From a virus, in the IMG/VR virus record IMGVR_UViG_3300030109_006070, positions 1 through 64,000 of that record: a DNA stretch of 64,000 nt. One strand, 5' to 3'. Of the stretch, positions 18,633-29,599 are shown in pieces. The translations under genes were made by a program, and so were the position numbers. The number at the start of each line of letters is the position of its first letter. Within the stretch, counting starts at the first letter, position 1. A model generated the notes under the pieces. The model was given only the letters and a program-made list of their open reading frames with translations. It did no database searches and was not told the DNA's origin.

Positions 18633-19100
18633 TTAATCCACAGGGCTAAGAACAAATGTGTAGAATTGATTTGATGTTAATCCTCTTGGTTGCCCATCGC
18701 TTTCAATAATAAATTTTGTTCCATCAAACTCCACTCTCCTAGCCTCGCTTATATAGTCATACCCAGCTTGCTCTACCACAATTCTTACAGTTCCGTCAGG
18801 AACAACTACTTTGTTTTGTGTGCCAGCTTGATCTGCTGGTCCGTCATCCGTTAAATATGAAGTGTCCATATTATCATAATAGATCCTTGCGCTAAAAGTT
18901 TCAGATTCTGTGGTATATTCTACAGAGCTATTTGACCCCGTATTAGTTCTTCTATAAAGAGAATTCCAAGAATTATTTGATGCGATTAGCGTTTTCTTTG
19001 CGTTTTTATAAACAGTGATAGTCCTAGCAAAAGTAGTATGCAAGGTCGCAGCTAAATTTTGAACTTTTGTTATTTGGTCTTGTGATAAAAATCCTGCCAT
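18633..19100 (-). CDS. probable head-closure protein
   Basis: beta-rich, RVEFDGTKFII; GTGTAA 8 nt upstream. Confidence 0.55.
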   Translation of the reverse strand: MAGFLSQDQITKVQNLAATLHTTFARTITVYKNAKKTLIASNNSWNSLYRRTNTGSNSSVEYTTESETFSARIYYDNMDTSYLTDDGPADQAGTQNKVVVPDGTVRIVVEQAGYDYISEARRVEFDGTKFIIESDGQPRGLTSNQFYTFVLSPVD

Positions 19101-19144
19101 GTTGATTTTTACACTTTTATTTATATAATAAGATAGGATTAAGG

Positions 19145-19432
19145 ATGAACGCTAAAAAAAATTTAGAAGAATTGTCTAATGATGAGATTTCTAGGCTATT
19201 CAAAATGATGTTGTATATGGTTGAAGATATGAAAAAAGATCATGATTTTCATTATGAAAAGCTCTATAGCCACATCCCTGAAGAATATCATCCCATCATT
19301 CAAACCGCCGACCACTTTACCCCTGATAAAGTAAATTGGATTAGAAAAAGAATTTTGGATTGCGGCAATGAGTCAATTAGAAATTTATGTTCTAGGATTG
19401 ATAATTATAAAGTAAGTTTTATATTTAAATAA
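19145..19432 (+). CDS. hypothetical protein
   Basis: 95-aa ORF heading the rightward tail operon. Confidence 0.7.
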   Translation: MNAKKNLEELSNDEISRLFKMMLYMVEDMKKDHDFHYEKLYSHIPEEYHPIIQTADHFTPDKVNWIRKRILDCGNESIRNLCSRIDNYKVSFIFK

Positions 19433-19443
19433 GGAAAAAGGTT

Positions 19444-20199
19444 ATGGCTTTAAAATCACTATATTCATTTACTCTCGATCAAGAAAAAGAAATCGAGAAA
19501 ACTCACACTCGTAAAAACAAGAAAACGGGTGAAGAGACGACTGTAACTAAGAAAGTTAAGGAAAAAGTTCCTGTAGAGGTTTTTATAAAAAGACCCTCTA
19601 GGAGACAGTTGGAGGACGCAGAATTAGAATATTCTGTAGAAATGAGTCGCTGTGTTAAAAGAGGAATTCTTACCAAAGCTATGCTTTATAAAAAATATAG
19701 CGATACAGGCGGTGTTTGGACAGAAGATGAAGCTAAAGATTATGGCAAGCTCTACAAAGAGACTTTCGAAATTCAGAACGAATACGTTCGCTTAGAGACT
19801 GTAGAAAACAAGTCTGAAGAACAAAAAGAAAAGCTAGAAAAACTCAAAGAAGATCTAGCTATGATTAGAAGAAAAGTTGTGGACGCGGAAACTTCGATGG
19901 AGACTCTTTTTAACCACACCGCCGACAATAAAGCTCAAAACAGATTATTACTTTGGTATACTTTAATGCTTACTCATGTTCAAGATGAGTCCCAAGAGGA
20001 GCCAGTTCCTTATTTTGAGGGTTTAGACTTTGAAGAAAAAATGGAAGACTATTATACTAAAGAAGATGAGTCTTCTAGTTTCTATGTAGATTTAATCAAA
20101 AAAGTGACAACAGTCTTAGCTTTTTGGTTCTTTAATCAAGCTTCTTCCCCCGAAGAATTCAATAAACTCATTGAAGATGTCGAAAAAGGTGAAGTTTGA
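19444..20199 (+). CDS. probable tail assembly chaperone 1
   Basis: charged coiled coil, two genes before the tape measure. Confidence 0.5.
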   Translation: MALKSLYSFTLDQEKEIEKTHTRKNKKTGEETTVTKKVKEKVPVEVFIKRPSRRQLEDAELEYSVEMSRCVKRGILTKAMLYKKYSDTGGVWTEDEAKDYGKLYKETFEIQNEYVRLETVENKSEEQKEKLEKLKEDLAMIRRKVVDAETSMETLFNHTADNKAQNRLLLWYTLMLTHVQDESQEEPVPYFEGLDFEEKMEDYYTKEDESSSFYVDLIKKVTTVLAFWFFNQASSPEEFNKLIEDVEKGEV

Positions 20200-21173
20200 A
20201 GGAAGAGTTCTACATCTCTCTAATTGGTGAGGCTTTCGACGGCTATACAGAAGAGCGTCTAGGGGATAGAACCGTTTACATAAAACATGTAAACATAAGA
20301 GATCAGAGGTATTTACATAAATACTATGAAAAGTATAAAAAGAAAGCTTTAGACAAAGGGGTGGAGACCGAAGAGCAGCGAATAAAATACGTTTTAAAAG
20401 AAGGTCTCTGGGAAGAAAAAGACGATATGCAAATCCAATCTTTGGATTTTGAAATAGATAATCTTAAAAAAACTGTCAACCAATTAATATTGGGTTCTCA
20501 AAGGCAAAAATATAGAGAAGAGATAGACAAAAAGACCGAAGAAGTAATTTCTTTAAAAGGTAAAAGAAAAGAAGTTATAGGCAAAACCGCTGAAGATTAT
20601 GCCACGGCTCGCAGTGGAGATGAAGTGTTAAGATTTTTATTGTTTAAAAACAAAGAATTAACTGAACATTTTTTCACAGAGTCAGAGTTTGATGATTTGG
20701 AAGCTTGGGAGATAGGAGCGTTAACAAAAATGCACTCCGACATACAGTCTAGACTTAGCGATAAAATTATACAAGAAGCGGTGTTAAGGCCCTTTTTTAG
20801 TATGTATTTATCTCTTTGTGAGGATGCCTACGGCTTTTATAGAAAACCTATCACAGAATTGACCATATATCAGTTGAGGGTTGTTTTGTATGGCAGAATG
20901 TTTTTTAACATTTTCCAATTTACCGAAGATATTCCAGACAATATTAGGGATGATCCTGAAAAGCTTTTAGCTTATTCTGAATCTAAGAAAAATAATAGTA
21001 ACAATCCTGTCAGAGATGATGCTGCGGGGTCTGCTGTTTTTGGAGCTACCGATCAAGACGTTAAAGAGTTGGGAGGCACATCGGGTACAGTTTCTTTAAC
21101 AGAAGAGGCTAAAAAGCATGGTGGCACACTAAACATGGAACAAATGATGCGATTAGCTGGGCATGATGTGTAA
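20196..21173 (+). CDS. probable tail assembly chaperone 2 (TTG start overlapping the upstream TGA)
   Basis: directly before the tape measure; coiled-coil segment similar to the upstream gene. Confidence 0.5.
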   Translation: MKEEFYISLIGEAFDGYTEERLGDRTVYIKHVNIRDQRYLHKYYEKYKKKALDKGVETEEQRIKYVLKEGLWEEKDDMQIQSLDFEIDNLKKTVNQLILGSQRQKYREEIDKKTEEVISLKGKRKEVIGKTAEDYATARSGDEVLRFLLFKNKELTEHFFTESEFDDLEAWEIGALTKMHSDIQSRLSDKIIQEAVLRPFFSMYLSLCEDAYGFYRKPITELTIYQLRVVLYGRMFFNIFQFTEDIPDNIRDDPEKLLAYSESKKNNSNNPVRDDAAGSAVFGATDQDVKELGGTSGTVSLTEEAKKHGGTLNMEQMMRLAGHDV

Positions 21174-21206
21174 ATCTTTGTGTAATTACAATAAAGGTTT
21201 ACGGTT

Positions 21207-24200
21207 ATGCCAATTCAAGTACCAGTCACACAAACAGGATTAGAAGCCAGCATTGACGCTGCCGCTAAACGTGCGGGTAAAAATCTTAAGATAAATTTAG
21301 GCTCAAGCGCCAAAAGTATTGAGGGTTTGTCCCAGCCTCTTGGCCGAATCACTGGTAAAGCAGATCAGTTTACTAAATCAATGGAGGCGGCTAACGCCCG
21401 TGTGTTAGCGTTCGGAGCTTCTGTTGGTGTCTTGTCAGCAGTCACAAGAGGATTTCAAGATTTAGTCAGAACTACTATCGATGTAGAGAAACGGTTGACG
21501 AGTATCAACTCAATACTTGGTGCTAGCGCTAAACAATTAGATTCATTCAAAAAAACAATTTTTGATGTAGCTAAAAACACAGAGCAATCTTTTGCCGTGG
21601 TTGCAGACGCTGCATTAGAATTAAGTCGTCAAGGTCTAGAAACCGAACAAGTTGTTAAAAGATTAAATGACTCTTTGATTTTATCTCGTTTGTCTGGATT
21701 GGGAGCCGCTGAAGCTGTTGCTGGTTTAACCGCTGCTATTAACTCTTTCAACAAAGAGGGTGTCACTAGTGCTCAAGTTCTCAACAAATTGTCTGCGGCA
21801 GCGGTTTCGGCTGCGGTTTCAGAAAGAGATCTTATCGAAGGTATCAAGCGTTCTGGTTCGGTTGCTATCCAAGCTGGTGTTTCATTTGATGAATTAGTCG
21901 GTGTTATCACAGCGGTGCAAACAAAGACTGCCCGAGGCGGTGCTGTTATTGGTAACTCCTTCAAGACGATTTTCACTCGTATACAAAGTTTGGACAAACT
22001 GCAAACCATGCAGAATCTTGGCGTTGAAATCACAGATTTGTCAGGGAATGTATTAAGTGGTACAAAGTTAATAGAAAATTTAGCAAAAGCTCTTTCTGAT
22101 GTGCCTGACGCAAGACGGCTACAGATAGCAGAAAACCTAGTTGGTAAATTCCAAGTCGCCCCATTCTTGGCTATTTTAGATGATTATAATTCTAAAACTT
22201 CTAGAGCAATAGAGGTTACTGCGATTTCTCAAAAAGCAACAACAGAAGCTTACGAACGAAACAAAGCTTTAAATGAAACATTAGCCGCAGCGATAAACTC
22301 TACAGTCGTGAGCGTTCAAGAGCTGGCTGAAACATTAGGAAAAATAGGTGTTACTGATAATTTAAAAGGTATTATTTCTTTTTTCAATAATTTAGTTTCT
22401 GGTTTACAAGATATTTTAGATGGAGATGGAATAGGCAGTAAGTTCGCTAAAGGAATTGTCGCTGGTATAGGTAATGTTATTAGCGGTCCTGGGTTAGCTA
22501 TATTTGGAGCAATTATTGCCAAGCTTACTTTTGATTTAGCTAAGTTCGGAGTCGGATCTTTGAATACGTTCTTCGGTCTAAACAGAGCGGCGAAAGAACA
22601 AGCGACCTTACAGGGGCAAATAGCTTCTACTCTTCTCGGCAATTCTGATATCCAAAAAAGAATTTTAGCTATAGAGAATTCACAACTCTCAACAGAACAA
22701 AAAAAAGCAGCTCAAACAAAGTTCTTCACAACCGCTTTAAACGAACAATTGGCGGTAATGACTCGTATGCAGCAGATTTCTGCTAGGGTAACTCCTGGAG
22801 TTTTTGCTGGGACAAGAGGAGGTAGAGGAGGAAGAGCCGCTGGAGGATTTATTCCTAACTATAATTCTGTTCTTGGTTATGGCTCTGAACAGGCAGATAT
22901 AAATCGTGGAGTGGGGGGAGCGCCAAGTTCAGCAAAACCCGTTGCTATACCTAACTTTAATTTTGGTGGTGGCCGAAAAGGGACAATGGTGGCTAATAGT
23001 AGTGAGTTCATGGTTCCTAATTTTGCGGGAACTGGAGGCTCTGCTATATTTAATCAAGATATGATTGCTTCTATGGGTCTTCCATCTGGAGCGAAAAAGG
23101 TTGGCGCGGCTGGAGGATATATTCCTAATTTTGCTAAAAGCAAAATGCCCAACAGAGTAGACGCTTCTTCTTACTTTTATTTAGTTCCAAATATGAACGT
23201 AAGAGGTAAACCTCTAGGCGAGAGAACTGTGGATGGACAAAAAATTGGAGGAGGCATAGCGTATGGTTTAAAAAGAGACCAAGTAGCTAAAGTTTCAGAC
23301 GGAGAAGAAAACCTTTTATCGAAGAATATAAGTTCTTCTATTTTTAAAAATACAACAGCTTTTATACAAAAATTAAAACCTTTAGGTAGAGATGTAAGCC
23401 AAAGTCAAATAGAAGAAGGATTTGATACGACAAGAGGAGCGAAAGGAGCTTTAAGAGGAGCGATAGGAGCGGCCTTTGAAGTCGGCATCACTAAAGCTCT
23501 TGATTACAAAGCGGCTATAAGAGAAAAAGGAGGAGACTTTGATGTAAGAGGTGGTGTTAATTTAGACAGAGTGCGTCAACTATTTGGATTTCCATTTAAT
23601 CAAAATACGGGAGATTTAAAAGTAGGTATAAGTCCAGACAATGTTATAAGTTTTTATAAAAAAGTAATAAAAGAAAGAAGAGCTGGCGTTTTTGGCGTAA
23701 AAGAAAAAAAAGCCAACCAAAGGTTATTAGCCACTCAAGAGGTAAGGAGACAGAGACCAGATCTTTTTAAAGCAGGAACTAATACCCCCTTGTTCCAAAC
23801 AAGAAATCAAGCAGAAGCCTTAATAAAAGAAAGACTTCCCTCAATAGGAAGAAGGTTTAATTTCGCTGGTGGATATATACCAAACTTCGCCGCGCCTTTA
23901 CAAGAGGCGATAGCAAGAGAGTCTGCCGCAGGTCTTCCAGTTAGTCAGATAAGAATTAATCAAGATGCATCTCTAAGAAATAGCGCCAACCCAATGGGTC
24001 TAGCTGTCACTAATACAAGAGACGAGCCTACAGGAGCTATACCTAATTTCGCTAAAACTGCTACCCCCGCGCAAGCGAATGATGCTATGGGTGGATTTGT
24101 AGGAAAGTTGCTAGCTGTCCAAGTCGGATTTGCTGCTCTAAGCGGAGTATTGGGTCAAGTCACAAATCAAAACAAAGCTCTGGCTATAGGTTTAAATACA

Positions 24201-27200
24201 TTAAATGTAGCGGTCAGCGCCGCTTTTGCTGCTCAAGCTTTTGGGGGTTTCGGAAAGAGTATTGGAGGCATTACTTCATTTGCAAGAGGAGGACTAGGGA
24301 GAGGGATAGCGGGACAAGGTTTCAAAGATATGCTCGCTGCACAACAATTAGGAGGGATGAGCGTGAAAGCCAACAGGGGTAATACTTTACGCGCTGGAGG
24401 TAAATTCGTTGGAGGTTCAGCTTTAGCTATCGCTGGTCCTTTGGTGGCGGGGACGGCGGCGGCGGTGGGTCTGGCTACAGCTTTTAATGCTCTACAGGGA
24501 ACGACTAAAATTCTTAATAAGTCTCAAGAGAGAGTAGCATCTTCAGCTTCAAAAGCGGCAGCGGTACTAGGAGGATTACAAGCCGATGAAGATGCGAAGG
24601 ATAGATTTGTAGATAGTAGGTCTGGAGCAGGGGAAGCTATAGCTACAAAATTTTTAGATAAGACTTTAGTCAGTGGGCTTTTTGAAGAAGGCAAACAGTT
24701 CAAAAATCTTTCTACTGCAATTGACACAGCGTTACAAAGAGGCGCTACCGAGTCAGAAATAGATAAGCTTTTGACTGGACTCAAAGAAGAAACAGGAACA
24801 GACTTTTTCAATCTTAAATTAGGAAAAGGAGGGGGTATAGGATTTGGAAATATTACAACTATCGATAGTAATGAGTTATCTGAATTAAGTAAAGTAATTT
24901 CTCGTTTAGGAGAGGCTGATCTCGGTAAGCGATTCAAAGATATAACCGAAGGTTTAACTGAAGAACAAAGACAAGGTTTGATATCTGGAGATGCAGCCAC
25001 GATTGCACAAGTAACCAAGCAAACAGGGGAGGGTGGTAAAACACAATTAAGCCAAGATGCTATAAAGTTGCTAGGGGCAGATTTAAAAGCTGTAGAAGCG
25101 GAAAGAGATAAGACTATTGAAAAAGAAAAGCAGAAAAGAATAGATCAAATAAGATCTGACGTAGCTAAATCACAGCTTTCTTCAGAAATAAATTTAGCTA
25201 AAATAAGAGCAGAGGCTATCTCTAGGGATGAAATAACCCTAAAAAGAAATGAATTTTTAAATAATCTTAGTGAAGTTCAAAAACAACAAATACAACAAAG
25301 AATTTCTCTGAAACAAATAGAGAGCGATATAGACGGAAAAATTGCAGATACACTAGTCAAGCAAATTGAAAATATCGAAAACCTAACTTTGGATTCAGAA
25401 AAGCAAACAGAGCTTAGAGATAAGTTGGCTAAATTGTCTTTAGAAGAGTTAGCTTCTCAAGAAAAAGTTAAAGAAGTTTTAGGTGATATATTTGATTTAT
25501 CTAAAAGAACACCTAAAGAACAAGAGGCTCTTCGTAAAGGTATAGATGGCGGTGTAGCTGCATTAAGAGCCGAAAGAAAATTAAGAAAAGAGAATTTAAA
25601 ACTTTCTACTGATGTAGGAATAGCTGATGCTAAGAGAGCGCAAGATCTTGCTTCCGCGATATCTGCGGCGAGAAGAGAGAATCTAGATAGTTCTAGAACT
25701 AGAGAGTTTGATAGGGTTGGAAGATTAGGTCAAATACAATTAGAAAGAGGAACATTAAATCCAAACTTATCTCCTACCGCTAGAGCAAGAGCGGAAACAG
25801 GATTTGTAGCTAGAGAGGGAGAAATTGCTGTACAAGCGGCAGAAGATAAAGCTGTAGATGAGACAAAAGAAGCAATAATAGAGCTTTCTAATGAGATGAA
25901 AAACAAAAATCTTAAAAAAGAATTCGAAGGTCTCTTAGAAGTGTTAAAATTGTTTGGTCCTGATGTATTAGGACCAGTTAGAGTTAGATTGGCAACAATA
26001 GCAGAAGAAGCTTTTATATCTGGAGAGAAGTCAGACAGAATACCTCTACCAGATTCGGTTTTTATGACTCAACCTCAAAAAGATAAATTAAAAGATGAAG
26101 CCAACGAAGTCAAACAAAGAGAAAGGAGCGTAAAAGGCGCGAAGGATCAAAGAGATATTAATAATGAGTTAGCTGAATCTCAAGAAAGAGTAGCAGATGG
26201 ATTTAAGTCTTACAGTATTCTATTAAGAGATTTTACAATAAGCTTGAGGCAGCAAGCCGAACAATTAAAAGTAGATTTAATTACAGCGCGAGATGGTGCT
26301 GCTATTTTATCTAATATAAACGAACAGTTATTTACTAATCAAGCTAGAGGGGGTGGCGCTCGCGGGACCGCTAATGCTGCTACAGAGGCAGCTCTTACAG
26401 GATTGAGAGATCAAGCGTTTTTAGCTGGATCTAGCAGAGAAGCTAGAGGGTTTACTAGACAAATAGATATAGTTAGAGAGCAGCTCACGCTAAAAGCAAA
26501 ATTTGTTGAATTACAAAAAGATGAAGTAGCGAATGAAAAAGAGTTAGGAATACTTAAACAACAAATTCTAGAATTAGAAAAACAAAGATTAGAGGTCAAC
26601 GATAGTCTCACTGCGAAACTGGAAGATGCTTTCTTGTTTTCAGAAAAAGACATACAAAACAAATTAACCGACAACTTGGTTTCTGGTGCTAGAGAATTTG
26701 CCACCACAATCGGTGACGGTATGGCTGACGCTATAGCAAAAGGTGAAAACTTAGGAGATATTCTTCGTCAAGCAGCCGCAGACTTTTTCCTAGGGCAAGC
26801 TAAAAGTCAGTTTGGGGCAGGTCTTGATCGAATAACATCAACATTATTCCGTAATAGTGGTGGCCCTGTAGTCGGAGGCTCGGGGGCTAGAGATGATGTG
26901 CCAGCTCTTTTGACAGGGGGAGAATATGTCATGAGAAAAAGCGCTGTCCAAAAATTTGGACCTAGATTTATGGAGGCTATAAATTCTGGTCAGATTCCAG
27001 CTTTTAATAGGGGAGGTTTATTTACCCCAGGGACATTCGGGCAGGGAGCAATGCGTGGCAAACGGTCATTATTAGATTTCGCTACTCAATCATTTACTAC
27101 GGGAGCGATGGACACAATTTCAGGGGGAGCAGGATTTGCATCTATTGCTCTAGAACCTCAAAGCGCGGCTCTCACAATGTTTGGAAGGAGAAATAGTCCT

Positions 27201-27836
27201 CAATTCCAAAGAGAGCAAGCTTCCAAAAATAAAGCCTTTGACCTTTACAAGAGACAAATAGATAAAGAGAAACAAGCAAGAGAGAGTGGTTCGGGTCTTA
27301 GTTCAATATTAAAAAATTCTTTATTAGCTTTTGGCGTTGGATCTTTATTTAATATGGGAACAGCAGGATTAGGTGGCAAAGGGAGCGCACCTAGAGGCAT
27401 ACCTGTTAATCCAGACGGGACAGACATGAACTTCTTACAAAGGTTGATGTTGCCATTTAAAAGAGCTACTGGAGGAGCCATTCCTTATGCGGCAGGAATT
27501 GATACTGTGCCCACTATGTTATCAGGGGGAGAGTTTATTATGAATGCAGCCGCCACACAGAGAGTAGGAAGGGGAACCCTTTCTTCTATAAATTCTGGAG
27601 GTGGAGGAGGAGGTAATGGAGAGGTTATAGGAAGACTGGATGAGTTAATTTCTGTTTCAGAAAATAGCGGAGAAACAACTATAAACATTACTGTAAATTC
27701 TGATGGCTCATCAAGTGAAGGTGGAAACGGGAGCGAAGAAGAAACAAATCTAGCCACTAGGATAAGAGATGTAGTTAAGCAGGTTATTGATGATGAGAAG
27801 AGGCTAGGGGGATCTTTAAGACAAGCTAGAGCATAA
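21207..27836 (+). CDS. tail tape measure protein
   Basis: 2209 aa; Ala/Gly-rich helical N-terminal TMP domain (GNSFKTIFTRI); C-terminal DDVPALLTGGEYV / DTVPTMLSGGEFI motifs. Confidence 0.92.
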   Translation: MPIQVPVTQTGLEASIDAAAKRAGKNLKINLGSSAKSIEGLSQPLGRITGKADQFTKSMEAANARVLAFGASVGVLSAVTRGFQDLVRTTIDVEKRLTSINSILGASAKQLDSFKKTIFDVAKNTEQSFAVVADAALELSRQGLETEQVVKRLNDSLILSRLSGLGAAEAVAGLTAAINSFNKEGVTSAQVLNKLSAAAVSAAVSERDLIEGIKRSGSVAIQAGVSFDELVGVITAVQTKTARGGAVIGNSFKTIFTRIQSLDKLQTMQNLGVEITDLSGNVLSGTKLIENLAKALSDVPDARRLQIAENLVGKFQVAPFLAILDDYNSKTSRAIEVTAISQKATTEAYERNKALNETLAAAINSTVVSVQELAETLGKIGVTDNLKGIISFFNNLVSGLQDILDGDGIGSKFAKGIVAGIGNVISGPGLAIFGAIIAKLTFDLAKFGVGSLNTFFGLNRAAKEQATLQGQIASTLLGNSDIQKRILAIENSQLSTEQKKAAQTKFFTTALNEQLAVMTRMQQISARVTPGVFAGTRGGRGGRAAGGFIPNYNSVLGYGSEQADINRGVGGAPSSAKPVAIPNFNFGGGRKGTMVANSSEFMVPNFAGTGGSAIFNQDMIASMGLPSGAKKVGAAGGYIPNFAKSKMPNRVDASSYFYLVPNMNVRGKPLGERTVDGQKIGGGIAYGLKRDQVAKVSDGEENLLSKNISSSIFKNTTAFIQKLKPLGRDVSQSQIEEGFDTTRGAKGALRGAIGAAFEVGITKALDYKAAIREKGGDFDVRGGVNLDRVRQLFGFPFNQNTGDLKVGISPDNVISFYKKVIKERRAGVFGVKEKKANQRLLATQEVRRQRPDLFKAGTNTPLFQTRNQAEALIKERLPSIGRRFNFAGGYIPNFAAPLQEAIARESAAGLPVSQIRINQDASLRNSANPMGLAVTNTRDEPTGAIPNFAKTATPAQANDAMGGFVGKLLAVQVGFAALSGVLGQVTNQNKALAIGLNTLNVAVSAAFAAQAFGGFGKSIGGITSFARGGLGRGIAGQGFKDMLAAQQLGGMSVKANRGNTLRAGGKFVGGSALAIAGPLVAGTAAAVGLATAFNALQGTTKILNKSQERVASSASKAAAVLGGLQADEDAKDRFVDSRSGAGEAIATKFLDKTLVSGLFEEGKQFKNLSTAIDTALQRGATESEIDKLLTGLKEETGTDFFNLKLGKGGGIGFGNITTIDSNELSELSKVISRLGEADLGKRFKDITEGLTEEQRQGLISGDAATIAQVTKQTGEGGKTQLSQDAIKLLGADLKAVEAERDKTIEKEKQKRIDQIRSDVAKSQLSSEINLAKIRAEAISRDEITLKRNEFLNNLSEVQKQQIQQRISLKQIESDIDGKIADTLVKQIENIENLTLDSEKQTELRDKLAKLSLEELASQEKVKEVLGDIFDLSKRTPKEQEALRKGIDGGVAALRAERKLRKENLKLSTDVGIADAKRAQDLASAISAARRENLDSSRTREFDRVGRLGQIQLERGTLNPNLSPTARARAETGFVAREGEIAVQAAEDKAVDETKEAIIELSNEMKNKNLKKEFEGLLEVLKLFGPDVLGPVRVRLATIAEEAFISGEKSDRIPLPDSVFMTQPQKDKLKDEANEVKQRERSVKGAKDQRDINNELAESQERVADGFKSYSILLRDFTISLRQQAEQLKVDLITARDGAAILSNINEQLFTNQARGGGARGTANAATEAALTGLRDQAFLAGSSREARGFTRQIDIVREQLTLKAKFVELQKDEVANEKELGILKQQILELEKQRLEVNDSLTAKLEDAFLFSEKDIQNKLTDNLVSGAREFATTIGDGMADAIAKGENLGDILRQAAADFFLGQAKSQFGAGLDRITSTLFRNSGGPVVGGSGARDDVPALLTGGEYVMRKSAVQKFGPRFMEAINSGQIPAFNRGGLFTPGTFGQGAMRGKRSLLDFATQSFTTGAMDTISGGAGFASIALEPQSAALTMFGRRNSPQFQREQASKNKAFDLYKRQIDKEKQARESGSGLSSILKNSLLAFGVGSLFNMGTAGLGGKGSAPRGIPVNPDGTDMNFLQRLMLPFKRATGGAIPYAAGIDTVPTMLSGGEFIMNAAATQRVGRGTLSSINSGGGGGGNGEVIGRLDELISVSENSGETTINITVNSDGSSSEGGNGSEEETNLATRIRDVVKQVIDDEKRLGGSLRQARA

Positions 27837-28645
27837 TGTATGACACAACACTAAATTACGAAGCTCACTTTTTTATTTCGGGGCGAGATGGCAGTCCATC
27901 AGCAAGAGAACTTTCTGGCATAGAAAGTCTTGATATAGGCTATTCTAATAGCTCTTCTGTTTTAGCCCCTTTAGGATCAAACCGAGGGCTTACAACGGTT
28001 GCAGGAGCAACCAGTCAAACCGTTTCTTTTTCTAGATCTCTAATATATGACGATCCAATTTTAGATTTTACAGGTGAATCTGAAGTAATGAAGGGTAGTT
28101 TTAATTATGATAACAACGCTTCTTATGGTTTTCACAGTGGCTATTTAAATTCTTATTCAGTTAACTGCGCGGTTGGGTCTGTCCCGAAAGTTAATACTAA
28201 CTTCACCGTTTACGATGAAATGAAAAGTGGAATAAACGCCACAGGAGCCACTCCAACTAATATATTTATACCAAGCCAAGGTTCTATAACAGCTACTTGT
28301 GACAATAGCTCCACTAATAGAGTTGTCGGCTTTGATTATTCACTCACTCTAAATAAAAAGCCATATTATAGTATAGGTGTTGAAACTCCTGTTGAGGTCA
28401 AGCATATTAACCCTATACAATATTCAGCTAGCGTTCAGATAGAAGTCGATGATATTTTTCTGCAAAGTGGTTTTGATTTTTTATCAACTAGGGAAGATAA
28501 ATCTGTTTCTTTTTCTGTAAAAGGCCGAGACGGAACAACTCTTCAAAATTTAACCATACCGAAAGCTTCACTAGTTTCAGAACAATTGACTTCTAGTTCA
28601 GATGGAGCTGTTCGTTTAACCCTTAACTATTTAGGTCACTCATGA
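27836..28645 (+). CDS. tail tube-like protein (tail tip/initiator)
   Basis: YSVNCAVGSVPKVNTNF and FDYSLTLNKKPYYSIG match tube-paralog motifs. Confidence 0.6.
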   Translation: MYDTTLNYEAHFFISGRDGSPSARELSGIESLDIGYSNSSSVLAPLGSNRGLTTVAGATSQTVSFSRSLIYDDPILDFTGESEVMKGSFNYDNNASYGFHSGYLNSYSVNCAVGSVPKVNTNFTVYDEMKSGINATGATPTNIFIPSQGSITATCDNSSTNRVVGFDYSLTLNKKPYYSIGVETPVEVKHINPIQYSASVQIEVDDIFLQSGFDFLSTREDKSVSFSVKGRDGTTLQNLTIPKASLVSEQLTSSSDGAVRLTLNYLGHS

Positions 28646-29598
28646 GCGAAAGTTTATTTTACAACAGGGATCAAAATATTTCTGGCATAGCCATACCAGC
28701 AAGTTTTTCAGCTTTAATCCTAACTCCTGTTTATGGTTCTACGGTTGAATTTACAGCCAGAAACCAAAGTTATAATACTGATGATTTTTATTATAATTTA
28801 ATTCCCATGTCGGTGAATAGTTTAACTGCTAAATTTGGTTTAAAGTATGACGTAAACGAATCTAACGCGCAAAAATTAGCTGTATTCTTCGAAGCACAAT
28901 CAGGGAATAATAGTTTTAAGTTCGCACCAGATAGCTCTAATATATATCAAGAAATGTCGGGAATTTGTGATAGCTATGGAATAAGCTTTGTCAACAACCA
29001 GCATTATCAAGTGGCAGCAAGTATAAGCGTAGACCACGCTCCTACACTTTTGAACTGGTCTGGTATGGGGTCTTTTCCTAATTTATCTTTCCAAGGGTGG
29101 AAGCCATCAACAAGCTATAAAAAGTTTGATGTTATTTTTAGTGGTATTAATCAGAACAAGTTAGATAACTTTTACTATTGCAGTGGAGATCATAGCTCTA
29201 CAACTATAAATAGCCCCACAGGGAGTTCTTCTATGTGGAGCCAAAAATTCTTTTTCGAGCCAGATATAGGCAACCAAACAAGCGTTAATATTAAAGCTGA
29301 TAAATTAGAATATAAAAACTCTTTTATACAAAGGCTAAAAACAAATGACAATATTTCTACTTTTGATATTAGTTACACTTTTAGCAATATTTCTGATGCC
29401 CAAACCAAAAGCATGATCCACTTCTTAGAAAGTAAAGGGGGGTATAGAAGATTTGAACATCAAATACCATCTGTTTATAATAGACCTAAAGTTTATTATT
29501 CTGATAGCTGGTCTCACACTTGGAACTATATCAATTCTAATACTTTGACAGTAAACTTTAAACCTGATCCATTAGGAATAATCCCAACAGGAACATAA
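28642..29598 (+). CDS. minor (distal) tail protein, duplicated domain with a small insert
   Basis: two repeats FFEAQSGNNSFKF / FLESKGGYRRFEH, similar to lambda gpM; WKPSTSYKKFDVI insert. Confidence 0.6.
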   Translation: MSESLFYNRDQNISGIAIPASFSALILTPVYGSTVEFTARNQSYNTDDFYYNLIPMSVNSLTAKFGLKYDVNESNAQKLAVFFEAQSGNNSFKFAPDSSNIYQEMSGICDSYGISFVNNQHYQVAASISVDHAPTLLNWSGMGSFPNLSFQGWKPSTSYKKFDVIFSGINQNKLDNFYYCSGDHSSTTINSPTGSSSMWSQKFFFEPDIGNQTSVNIKADKLEYKNSFIQRLKTNDNISTFDISYTFSNISDAQTKSMIHFLESKGGYRRFEHQIPSVYNRPKVYYSDSWSHTWNYINSNTLTVNFKPDPLGIIPTGT

Positions 29599-29599
29599 T

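Noticed and set aside
21773-27757. Minus-strand ORFs within the tape measure (and similar antisense ORFs elsewhere)
   Set aside because: No recognisable motifs or expression signals; typical reverse-frame shadows of strongly coding DNA
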